DNA of 63,930 nt, counting the filler, from Reticulomyxa filosa (taxonomy: Eukaryota > Protista > Foraminifera), in assembly GCA_000512085.1 (NCBI GenBank). It is 26 parts of 26 records of this genome, joined end to end, with 100 filler letters (N's around TTAATTAATTAA, not from the genome) between each part and the next. Parts side by side here need not be neighbours in the genome. Positions count along the whole stretch, not along the records: positions 38,351 to 40,954 come from ASPP01017262.1; positions 41,055 to 42,548 come from ASPP01035513.1; positions 42,649 to 49,156 come from ASPP01002519.1; positions 49,257 to 50,745 come from ASPP01012799.1; 22 more parts are not named here. One strand, written 5' to 3'. A program made the translations under genes and the position numbers. Within the stretch, counting starts at the first letter, position 1; each line of letters starts with the position of its first letter. Shown one piece after another: positions 39,100 through 50,845 of this stretch. Below the pieces are notes generated by a model. It saw only the letters and a list, made by a program, of their open reading frames with translations. It searched no databases and had not been told where the DNA came from.

Positions 39100-40954
39100 C
39101 TTCTTCTCATCATTTGTATTGCAAATTCCCTTCGCCCATCCATCACACGTGGCAAAAGATCTCGCAAGAGCGCACCTATCAGCCCACCGAAGAAGACGTC
39201 GGCTGTATGTTGCTCTTGAAGATCGCCCCAGTGTACCACGAACACGAACAAGACCAGAGTGGTGGTGGTGACGACGGCGAGTCAAAACCTCACAGCAATA
39301 ACAATAACAATAACAATAACAATAACAATAACAATAACAATAGCAATAGCAATAACAACAATAGCAATAACAACAATAATAACAACAAAGTGGACAAAGA
39401 CAAAGATAAGAATAACAAAAACAGTCCAACCAAAAAAGACAAAATGAAAAAAGTCATAGGCGAATGGTATTACAAGACCACCGCACCCGTCTTGCCTCGA
39501 CCTGTCATTCCCGAGCGACGCTTTATTCCCCACCTCTTGATTAGTAATCCCACGATAAGTACAGTCGGCAATGTGAACTCATCGATATCAATCCACGACA
39601 ATAACAACAACAACAACAACAATAATAACAGCAATATCTCTAACAAAGCACATAGCTCTTCTCACAGTTGGAACGACACGAAGCAATGCAAGTCGACACA
39701 CAACTTCCGTGTACTGTCCTACAATTGTTTGGCGCCCATCTACTGCAATGAAAACGCATACCCTTACGCGGGGTCGCACATTTTGAATTGGGACTATCGC
39801 AAGTACAACATAATGAAGGAGGTGTTGCGCTACAATCCGGATATCATTTGTCTGCAGGAGGTGCAATTGAACCACTTTGAGGAGTACTTCCAGCCCGAGT
39901 TGAAAAAGTATCGCTACGAAGGGATCTTTCGCAGCAAGACTCGCGAGTTGGCACGAGGACAGCGATATTTGGACGGCTGCGCTATTTTTTTCAACAGCGA
40001 TCGCTACGAAGTGCGCAATCGCTATCACGTGGACTTCAACGAGACGGCCAGACAATACGTCCCTCAGCACTTTCAGATTCATTCCAAAGACACGGCCACC
40101 AAAACGGCGCTGGAAAATACACACAAGCTACTCAAGCGACTGCACAAAGGCAACGTCGCTCTCATTGTCGTGTTGGCCGAGAAAACCAAGTCCAACTATG
40201 GCAATGCCCACGAGCTGGTCGTAGCCAATACACACGTGTTTTGGGATCCCAAATACACCGACGTCAAAGTGTGGCAGACGTACATGCTCTGCAAAGAGTT
40301 GCAAAAACTGCGCTCCATCAGCCAAGATTCACCCGTTGTTTTGTGTGGCGATTTCAATAGTGAACCCTGTTCGGTTGTTTATCAAATGCTGGCGCAATCC
40401 AAAATTGATAAGAAAACAAAATACAACGTTTCGAACTTTTTTTTTTTAAAAAAAAAAAAAAATATATGTATATATATACATATACACATATATGTACATA
40501 TTTATATATTTATGTATACGTAGGAGCTAGTGGAAGAATACGGAGTTGGAAACTTACCCTCGATCCAAGAGCTAGAACATGATTTGGGGTTTTCGAGCGC
40601 GTATGCGAGCGAACCCAAGTTTACGAACTACACGGTCCATTACAAAGGGACGCTGGATTATGTGTTTTACTCGAAAGAAAAACTGACATGCTTGAGCCAC
40701 TTGGAGGAAGTGGAGGAAACTCAACTGTCTCAAGAAATGGCTCTGCCAAACTCAATCCACTCCTCGGATCATGTGCCGCTAATGGCGGAATTAGCTTATA
40801 GCGATGACATGCAAGCATATCAAAAAGAAAAAGAAACCCTTCAACAACTGTCCTCCTCCATTTCCTCGACTCATTCGCGTTCTTCCAAATCGCTTCCTCA
40901 TGATTCAATACACGTCAAGTCCAAAGTCCCTCTCCATTCGCAACAACAACAACA
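38426..40954 (+). CDS. CCR4: CCR4-family (EEP) mRNA deadenylase with N-terminal C6H2/MYND-like zinc finger (plant CCR4a/b-type architecture); 3' end at contig edge
   Basis: Micro-exon ATGTCTG, then intron 38433-38613. PVRGCELKPF, YRWYR..CSHENC..LQCLSC..YFCSRECMKNSWHTHQKLH, TYQPTEEDVG. EEP motifs SYNCLA, DIICLQEVQ, DGCAIFF, VANTH, LCGDFNS, then (after intron 40428-40523) FTNYT..GTLDYVFYS and SSDHVPL. Confidence 0.95.
39296..39388 (+). repeat. Poly-Asn (AAT/AAC) tract in CCR4; also poly-Ser (TCT)n at 39072-39107 and poly-Asn near 39600-39630
   Basis: Seen directly. Confidence 0.9.
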
Positions 40955-41054
40955 NNNNNNNNNNNNNNNNNNNNNNNNNNNNNNNNNNNNNNNNNNNNTT
41001 AATTAATTAANNNNNNNNNNNNNNNNNNNNNNNNNNNNNNNNNNNNNNNNNNNN

Positions 41055-41775
41055 AAAGCTTTTAAAGATGCAATGAGCAATTGTACATTTTCTTTGACTG
41101 TTTTGTTTGAATTGGATACTGTTTTAAAGCATTCGGTTTATGTGATGACACTAGTATCTACAAATTCGGCTTCGATCAAGTTCACCATTTCACACAACAA
41201 TTCACAATCATACAACGCACTCAACACGCGGTGGGTATCCAATTTTTGTTTTGACGTGTAATAAACACACGATTGAATCGTCGTCACGGTTTGGAACAAT
41301 CGATTTACATAAGTGCCAATCGATTCAACCTCTTTTCATTCTTTTATTATTTTTATTATTTGATTACATTAGTTTATATTAATGTAGATCCTCCTCAGAG
41401 AGTTTTAGTCATAGAAAACAAAACAATCATTTGAAAATAGTTAAAAAGTATCTGAAAATGTATTTGAACCTTGCAAGCTTTATTTTCGATTATATGTTTC
41501 AGTTTTGGCAAATCATTGATTCGGCCATTCAATTCTTCAATCACCACTTGATGCTCTTTCACCACGACTTCATTTTGTTGTGAGTTTTGCAGCATTATGT
41601 GTAATGACTCCAAAATGCTATCTCGTCTTTGCAGTTCGGTATTGCCTCTTTTCGTCTCCACGACTTGTATGTCGTTCCTTTTCTTTCTGTTTTTCGTGTC
41701 TTGTTTCCATTTCCAATACTAAGCCTTCATGCTCCTCCAGGACAGTTGCGTTCTTACAAAATTCAAGAACAGTTT
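41055..41775 (-). pseudogene. Decayed coiled-coil protein gene fragment
   Basis: E/K/Q-rich heptad-like reading (LEEHEGLVLEMETRHEKQKEKE..ELQRRDSILESLHIMLQ..IEELNGRINDL) broken by frameshifts. Confidence 0.4.
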
Positions 41776-41795
41776 TATTTTTTTAGTAAAGGGAT

Positions 41796-42510
41796 TTGGA
41801 GTAGATTTTTCTAGAAAGAAAAAAACTAGAGTAAGAATACTCATTCTTAATCACTCAAATTGTGTAAAACATTTGATTGATATTTTGTCTGTCAGATGCA
41901 AAGAGAGATATCGAAGATTGTGTAATTTTATATTCAAAACTAGGCAAATTGAATAATATAGTCTAATCAAATTGTCACAACTTGATCAATGTACCTGTGA
42001 CACAAATGGAAATATATAATATTACAAACTTGTTGTTCAAGAAAGAGTACATTTCACTTTAATTTTCCATCAATTTTTGGAGTAGATTTTTGTTAGAAAA
42101 GACAAAAGTGGAGTAGAAAACAAAGTTTCTGTAATTTTTGAATCGGAGTGAATTTGTGTTTCTCTTTCTGTTTTAGTTTTGAAATATTTAGAAGAGAATA
42201 TTGGAACTGTATATTATTGACATGATTTACTCTTTGCATTTTTTTTGGAGTGACGAACTTTTTTTGCAATGATAATAAGTCTTTATAATCCTGATTTTTC
42301 TTGGATAATAAATGATAAAATATTATATCTTTTTTTGAAAACGCTATTGCCTTAGATCCACTATATTGAAAATAATAAACGTAAACCGATAACTTAGGGA
42401 TATAATAACGATATTTTGTTGATATTTCTAAAATAGAATTATCTAATTTCTACTCCAAAAAAATTGGAGTGTTTCTCGTACATTCGATAAAATCGGAGTG
42501 AAACAAAAAA
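41796..42510. repeat. Further copies of the TTGGAGTAG motif repeat, including an inverted copy
   Basis: Copies at 41796-41890 and 42077-42130; inverted TCTACTCCAAAAA at about 42449; (T/C)GGAGTG variants at about 42143, 42247, 42465 and 42494. Confidence 0.55.
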
Positions 42511-42830
42511 AGGAGATTCTTATTGATAAGGTCAAATAAATAAAACATNNNNNNNNNNNNNNNNNNNNNNNNNNNNNNNNNNNNNNNNNNNNTTAATTAA
42601 TTAANNNNNNNNNNNNNNNNNNNNNNNNNNNNNNNNNNNNNNNNNNNNGGTTCAATTTATGTGAAGTCCTTCGAAATTTTTAAAAATCATTTCAAAAAAT
42701 TATATTTTTGATCAACCTAGGAAAAACTTATCATAAAACCAATTTCATATTTAAAAATTACAAGATTAGTAGATATTTTTTTAAAAAAAAATTAGGTTTA
42801 AATCTTTATTTTTCATGGAGAAAATCGATT

Positions 42831-43650
42831 CTAAGTCAGGTGTCTACAACAGTTATGAACAATGTGTTTACAGAAATGAATAAGGTAGATTGGTTCATTG
42901 AGCTGAAAGGTATCCCAACAAATGGTGCAATGGGCACTTTTGTTATCAAGTTCAAGTTTTCCCAACAACACAGATGTGTTCATTTTACTACATTGGCCAA
43001 AAAAGGATTTTTTTGTGCTTTGTAGAGCACTCTTTAACTTTTGAAGTTTTTGTTGTGCCAATAAAAAGCGTAGCAAAATCAGAAAAAGTGTGAAGTAACT
43101 TTGGTTTATTGTTATTTGGGCCATCTTACAAAAATTAGCTGTTTCGTTATATGCATCATTGTTATCACTGTGATGACGTTGATAGTAATATATCACGGCA
43201 ATTCTTGCTATGTCATTTGGTGTTCATTGTCTTGCAAAAAAAACGATGAGAAATGAGGTCTGTATCTTGCTTGGCTAGCTCTCATCATGATACTTCATAT
43301 CTGTTCATATAAATTTGTTCACCACTTTCTATATGACCTTTCCATCTGCGTTGAAAATTCCATTACCAAATAATTGATCATACTTTCGTTGAAGAGAAAA
43401 TCGATACATACATTCGTAATGGCAGTGAAAATGCAATTTACTCGCTGCTTTTACTTTGACAACCATTTGGCACAGTCGTCATACGTTGAACTAATGTAAG
43501 ATTTCTCAATTCGTTCACATGCACGGAATAAGACTGAAATGACTCAATTGTTACCATATTGGCATGCTTTTTGGCTGCTGTCAATTGTAGTTCCAACACA
43601 TGCACCATATCCTCCCTACAACTCTGCTGCGACGGAAAAACCAATACAAA
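42831..43650 (-). pseudogene. RING-H2 E3 ligase pseudogene
   Basis: AHCTICWDTFQLNEPIYLIHFCKHIVHNCC then a stop before the final CPxC; the upstream frame contains several stops. Confidence 0.6.
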
Positions 43651-46600
43651 AAATAAACAATAATAAATTCAACATAATTTCAACATCTATTCAATCAAAT
43701 TAAAGAATTTTTATCATAAAAAAACTTTTTGGCTCTTGATTTTGGTCCTGTAGCTCAAGGAGATGATATAGATCTTTTGTTACTTATATTTTTATTCTCC
43801 TTTGAAAAATTTATAAAACTGAAATGGAATAAAGGTAAAAAAAAAGGTAGGCCAATAAACACATCAAAAAGAGTAAGCTTCAATTACAGTTGTCGTATTT
43901 TCCTACATCTTGGACAAGTTATTTTTGTAAATTAATTGAACCAGGAGTTTACTGTTTTCAGTTAGTTATGCGTGAAAAAGCAGACACAAACAAAGTTGAA
44001 AGTGAATGATATATAAGCAAACTTATCTATCATTGCATGTTAAATAGATCATTTATTGGTTTAATAATCAGTACTACTTTTGTATTTTATTTATAACAAT
44101 ACTTTGGTGGCTGGTTTTTATTTAAACCTACGAGAGCTCAAATGCGTTACCGACGGTACAAACAAGGTTTGACAGTTGGAGAATTTAATATCTACACACC
44201 AAATAATACTGATTCCAACAAAGGCAAGTAAAGATCGGGGTAAGCGATCCCGAAACGACACAAAACAATAAAAGAAATGTTCTGAGACATAAAACGAGTT
44301 TTTGAAGTGAGTTGTACCTATTTTCAAAGTTAATAGTTTTCATAAAAAGCAACAAGCAAAAACGATTTTCTTAAAATTCTAAATTAAATAGATAATCAAA
44401 ACGAATAAAGACAACACATTAAAAAAAGCAATATTGTGTCAATAACGTTGTATTTCCGCAGTATTTGCCATTCATCAGAGCTGACAGTATCATAAATTTT
44501 TTTTGTATAAAAAGCCGACATAATGTCATCTTCTTTGTTCCAGAATGTGATACAATTAAATTGGATGTGTCGCATTTTATAGCCGCATTGAAAAACTAAA
44601 AAATTATCTTTTATCAAAGACAGTAGAAAAAATTTATTTGTAACAAAGCTCTTTGACATGACTAACAATAAATTATTATAATCAATACAAATAATAATAA
44701 TAAAATTTGCAGAACAACAGCGACATAATCCACACGCAAACAATATTTAATAACACTAATTTATGATTACAAACAAACAGCAATAACAATTTTGCTGTCA
44801 TTGAAAGGGCTTAAAATTACTTTTTAAAAAGGAAAAGTCAAAAAAATGAAAAAGTAATAGTTTATATCATGCGTCGTTATACAACACCTGATATAAACTA
44901 ATACTTTTGCTTTTTTGTCTTTTTTTCCTTTTTTTGATCCAGGACGAAAATCTAGCAATATCAATATAAAAAATGTTCTTAAGAAAATCCTTAAGGAACA
45001 TATATACAGTGTATATATATAAAGATACACAAATTTTGATTGTATATTACGAAAATATTAGAGAAATAAAATAATTAGCAGTTTATTGAAATCATTAAAC
45101 ATAAAATTAAAGTTCTATTGTTTAATGATATAGTTTTTCATTTGATTTGAGTCAGCACTTACAATAGCATTAAATCTCGATATATAATACGTACATTTGC
45201 TTTTTGTCTATTTCAAACGACATGAAGCTGTTATATGTGATATTGTTTAACGCTATTCTGCACGTGATGCATATGATATAGCTTTTTTACGAACGATAAT
45301 TTAGTCTTGTTGAAGTTTGCGTGTATTTCCTCGTTTTTTGCAACATTAGCAGTTTTGTGCGTACTCAGTAATGAAAATTACGTAGCTATGCGTTTAAGTC
45401 GTCATTCGCTATCAACATAAATTGCTCAAATTCAATTGAATAATTTACGTATTGGCAGTTATGTTGAATAACGCAGAAATCAAATGCTTCTTGTTAGTGG
45501 AATGATGTTATAATGTATACAGTGATATTTAAAAACTGCATAAATCTTCATTTGGTAATTCTTTCATTTCGAAATTTTTCACAATGCCATGAACATCATT
45601 TTACTTTAGCAAATACTATTTTGCCATATCATCTCTACAAGATGGCGTTTGTCACAAATGCTTATGTGTGCATATACATTTTTTAAATAAAAAATAAAAA
45701 TAAGTATTCACACCCTGGTGATTTCCTCAATATCACTTATGACAATATTTGCCATTGTCTTTCTTTTTTCTTCCAAGAAATACAGTAAGTATTTCAATAC
45801 TTTTTTCCACGACACATGAGGATTGGATGACTTGAGGCAAGAATATTTTGCTGCCTGGCGTGTCACCGACAACGTTCACGCTATCCATCAAATGACATTC
45901 AATCACGGACAATGTGTTGTAGTACTTCATTCGTGCATCTTTCACTACGTCGTTAATGTTTGTCAATGTATTTTACTAACGCATGTCCCAAGCATTTTTC
46001 CGCACTTTCTTTTTGCCAGGCCTCTTCTTCTGAGTTTTTTTTGCAATGAGCAAATCACTTTCGCAATATCAGACTCGCCCGCGCGCAATTGCACAAACTT
46101 TTTCATCGCCTTCACACCGTCCACTAGTCAATGATCCACGCGCCGTTCTTCAAATGTTTTCTCGCCACATCCACTGCCTTGATGAAGTTGTTTCTTTGAT
46201 TAACTTTTAAAAAAGCTTGCTGTGTATGGTCTTGCTTTGTATTACGAAATGACTTGATTAGAGTGTTAATATACTATCAAGTGGTCATGTAATAGTTGAC
46301 CACAAAGTTGACCAAGAGATAGTTGGTAAATGTGCGAACTTCTGCAACAAATTCTGTCATCTGGTAGTGCTAGTACATTTGTTTAGTATGCCGGTATTCG
46401 AGTATGCAAACGCTGTCCATTCTATTCCAAAATCGCTGCCAATATCTCAACAGTTTCATGCCATTCGCCTCCAATCACAATTCAATCACACTGCAAAAAG
46501 GATAGCGTGATGAATGCTCGTATAAACCGCTTCAGTTGTCGGGCTCGACAACGTGCGTCCACAATTGTGCCTGACACCTATATACACATAGCTTTTTTGT

Positions 46601-48428
46601 AAACCGATTAATCAATCTTATCAATTCATATAGCCATATAATACATTTATGTAAATATAAAATCCTTCATTTTGGACTGATTCAAATACTATTTTATCTA
46701 TTTGCTTATTTGATTGTGTTTATTTTTGAACTGCAATATCAGAACACATTATTTTCAACTAGCCGAGATCGATAGCGTTTTATCAGTTGGACCAACAGCA
46801 ACAGCGATCAACATCCTTCAATTGTTGTATATTCTATATTGGCCAGTTTCACTGTCTCAAAGTTGATCTAATATCCTTATAAAAAAACCTGATTGATGAA
46901 GGATGAACAAACTTGTGATATGCTATCTCACATGGTAATCATTTTAAAAAAAAGAAATTAGCAGCAATTTTATTTTTCGCAAAAAAAAAATAATTAAAAA
47001 ATATTTACAAAACCACAGTGTCGTTATCAAACAATGAGATAGTATTATTATTGAAAGTGTTTGTTTTGATAATATCACTTCAACTTTTCAAATAATTGAA
47101 GTAAAATGTCATCAATGATCTGCGGCTGCGTCAAAAACAAAACCATTGTTTTCTTTCAAATGCATGATTCGTTGTCCACGAAATTGCTTTTGGATCGTCG
47201 TTCACATGCTCCATCCAAAACTGTATTCGCTCCTGCATCAACTAGTACAAGTATTTGAACACATAATTGAAGTTTATCACGTTGTCCGTGTAATATATGT
47301 TATCGCTCGAACTCGACACCTTCTTAATGCTGCTGGATGCCATGTTTTATTAATTACTTAAGCGTCTTCTTTAGCGTATTCGGAGAACACCGAGTAAAAC
47401 ATGCTTGTCAATGCTTTGCTTCCACAAGATTATACAGAAAGCAAACTTTAAATGCCATAATGTTTGGCCTGCTTCTTTGCCTTACTGATCAATTTTTAAT
47501 TCAAAATATTAACAACTTTTAATTTAATTTTTACTTTTCAATGTTTCTCACAGAGAAAGTTTCAATTTCTTTTGCAAATACTAAAATTTTCATTTGAATA
47601 AATGTTTTGCTTCATCAAACACTGCTTTCAGAAATATTGAATAAACAAGTCTCATTTTATGTTTTCTCTTTGTAACTTGTTTCAAGATAGTCATATACAT
47701 ATGTCACTGTTCCTTAGTTTGCTACATATTGTTGCTACGATTGCAGTCGCTTAGTACAATTACTTTTTGTGCAAAATATGTTCTTACGCATTTTTTGTTT
47801 AATACTTCGAGCTAATAATTTGTTCCCTTTTTGCGACGATCTTTCGCACTTGAAACTGTTATTTGGATTTATAATATATAATTTCTACTAGTCTATCGGA
47901 ATGACCACTATTTTTTCTTTTAAGTATAAACTATGTGTGATTGTTACGCCAAAGTTGACTCCCAACATGCTAGTGGAATTTCCAGTAATATTGTTACCAA
48001 TGATGTATTTGTCAGCAAAAGAAAATGATTGAGAAACGAACAATAAGAACAGAACGAACAAGTTTTTTCAAATAATGTACCCAAGTTCATAACAGTGATA
48101 CTGGCGTTACGTTGAATTTGTGTAATTTTTCCAAAATGTAAAACTAATGGTTATTTGAGTAAAATTTTATTGTCAAAAATATTTTCTTTGCCGCTGGATG
48201 ATTACGCAGACAATTGAGTTATTTTGTGTTATCCTTCCAGTTTGATTTTTTAAAAAGTAACAAAGATAAATGAAACGTTTCTATTTTGCACAAGAAAAGT
48301 AGAGGGAAAACTCGGCGATTAGCAAAGCAATTTTGTTTGAATTTTATAATATTATTAGGCTCACAAGCATGTTACCCCATTTGTACATCGTTTATCTTTG
48401 ATGGAAAGAAAACATGCAAGAACCAAAC

Positions 48429-48459
<31 letters not shown>

Positions 48460-48584
48460 AACCAGTATGATCACAAATTTCCTAGAACTTCACATATACA
48501 TATATGGGTACTATGGAGTCATGGTTGGAGTATTGAATAGTGTTGGCTGATACGAAGACATGTAATGAAGCAGTGAAGGAGAGT

Positions 48585-49113
48585 TTATTCCTGTAAGTAT
48601 GGGTTTGCCTGTGCTTGTTGTTTTAGGGCGATTTGTTGTTCGGTCAAATATTGATCAGGCACGGCAGTAGGACCACAATACCCAGGGGGTCGGAAGATGC
48701 CAGAGTATCGAAAAATCCATTGTTCCCAATGTGCATCCCAACCGGGATAATGAATTTTCAAACGATTTGTGATTGGATTATGAGCAATGATAACTGCGTT
48801 CCACCAAACATTGTTCCAAATCACTTGGCATTCTTTTCCAATTGTCAGTTCTTCCAACCAATCCAAGTATTCTGCAAAGTCTTGTGTCATGTTATTATCA
48901 TCACTCGACTTCACTCCATTTCGCAAAAAGTACCTCGGCTTGCGACTGAACTTGCACACGTTCAAAGGAGAAGGAGCATGCTTCACATGGAAGACACTCA
49001 GCATTTCTTCCATCGACAAAACACCACTCTCATATACCCGAGATGATAAAAACTTTTGATCCATCAATGGGAAACGAATCTTGTCAAGAACTTCTTTCGT
49101 ATAATCAGATGGC
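48585..49113 (-). CDS. Last exon of a BTB-BACK-type protein with a C-terminal MBT/chromo-barrel (Royal family)-like domain
   Basis: EVLDKIRFPLMDQKFLSSRVYESGVLSMEEMLSVF..KFSRKPR is a BACK C-terminus (IRFPLM..PR). It is followed by LTIGKECQVIWNNVWWNAVII..RLKIHYPGWDAHWEQWIFRYSGIFRPPGYC. Confidence 0.75.
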
Positions 49114-49114
49114 C

Positions 49115-49156
<42 letters not shown>

Positions 49157-49301
49157 NNNNNNNNNNNNNNNNNNNNNNNNNNNNNNNNNNNNNNNNNNNN
49201 TTAATTAATTAANNNNNNNNNNNNNNNNNNNNNNNNNNNNNNNNNNNNNNNNNNNNAAAAGGGGGGGGTTTTGATAAAAAAAAAAAAAAAAAGTTCAAAA
49301 C

Positions 49302-50745
49302 TTGACACTGATCCGGATCGACATGTTTAACATGCTTATCTCGAGCAGTGCCTCGATATCGAAAGGTTCTTGTGACGAAAGGATCTGTTTTGGGCCCATC
49401 CTTTTCGCCTTTAAAAGCAGGTATTTCCCACAGATTGAAGAGATACTTTCCACGACGCAGTCGGTGTCGATGATCGATGAGCGGGACCCTGCACCAGGCC
49501 AGACAGCGCGATGCCATGGTGTCACTGGAGCCAAACACTTGGAAGCACAAAACAGATTCCCTGGGGATTTGACTAAATGTGAGATTTCTGGATGACAGCC
49601 ATGAGCCCCAGTGGATTTCATTTTTGGCCACAATGACCGACGTTTGCAACGTGGCTGTTTCGAACAGCATATCTCCCATCCACAGTTCCACCATTACAAA
49701 CACAGACTTCATCACGCCGTCCTCAAAGCGCGGCAGTCTGCACACATTCGTCAGTCCGTCGATTTTCAATCGATAGTTCCAATCGCATTCGTACAGACTT
49801 ATCACATCCTCGGGCATAAAGTCGCAGCTGTTCCATTCGCTTTTCCTACTCACCGCCGTGCCGCGGCTGATATCCTCTGCAATTTTATCTTCATAAAATA
49901 GTTGTTGTTGTTGTTGTTGTTGTTGTTGCTGTTGCTGTTGGGATGCTGTATGATGTTTTGGATCATTGTCATTGTTATTGCTATTATTGTTGTTGTTGTT
50001 GTTGTTATTGTTGTTGTTGTTGTTGTTGTTGTTGTCTATGCTTGTTTTGTGTGTAGCGTACGCACATTGAAACATTTCCGTATACTCTTTTTGCCTCGCT
50101 TTCGCTTCTTCAATCCGTTCCTTAAAGTCTGGACGCTTGATCAACGCAAACTCCACATCGTCCTCATTTCTCACCGCGTTACGCACCGCCTCGTAATCGA
50201 CGATTTTTCGACGTCCATAAATATATTCCTCCTGACCCACCACCTTCAACACAAACAGCGAGTCGTCGTCTTTTTTATACTCGTCGTCCAGTTTCTCTAT
50301 CCCCTGTCGAATTGCATCCTGCGCTGTCGTGTACTCCGTTTTTATTCGAATCGTTACGTACCTTTCCAAAAAAAAAAAGCAATATGTTTTGATTCTTCCA
50401 TTTATAATCCAAATGAAATATAAATTAATAATGCAATAGAATAAAACTTGAGATGTGGGGAAAATTCTTGTGGCAATCGGATTTTGGCAAGGAATTGATT
50501 ACCAGACAGATCTGGCAGTGGAGACGCGCTAAAGTACTCGGGGAAGGCGTATTGTTCGGGTGGGGGCAACACATCTTCGTAGTTTCGTTGTGACGCCAGT
50601 AGGTGGAACACATCGACCAAGTCGTTGTCGAAATTCCACCGACCCGTCCCAAAGTTCAGCAGTGCTTCCACCACGTCCTCGCCCTGGTGCGGCTCAATTG
50701 AGCGAGTGGACGAGTGGTCTATGTGCCCCGGCCGCCCAACTGTGT
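49302..50745 (-). CDS. Phosphoinositide 3-kinase (class I-like), Ras-binding and C2 domains; internal fragment
   Basis: RBD FVLKVVGQEEYIYGRRKIVDYEAVRNAV. C2 SLYECDWNYRLKIDG..VELWMGD..WGSWL..FSQIPRESVLCFQVFG..LAWCRVPLIDHRHRLRRGKYLFNLW. Intron 50447-50362 and a donor at 49301. Poly-N and poly-Q linker between the domains. Confidence 0.9.
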
Positions 50746-50845
50746 NNNNNNNNNNNNNNNNNNNNNNNNNNNNNNNNNNNNNNNNNNNNTTAATTAATTA
50801 ANNNNNNNNNNNNNNNNNNNNNNNNNNNNNNNNNNNNNNNNNNNN

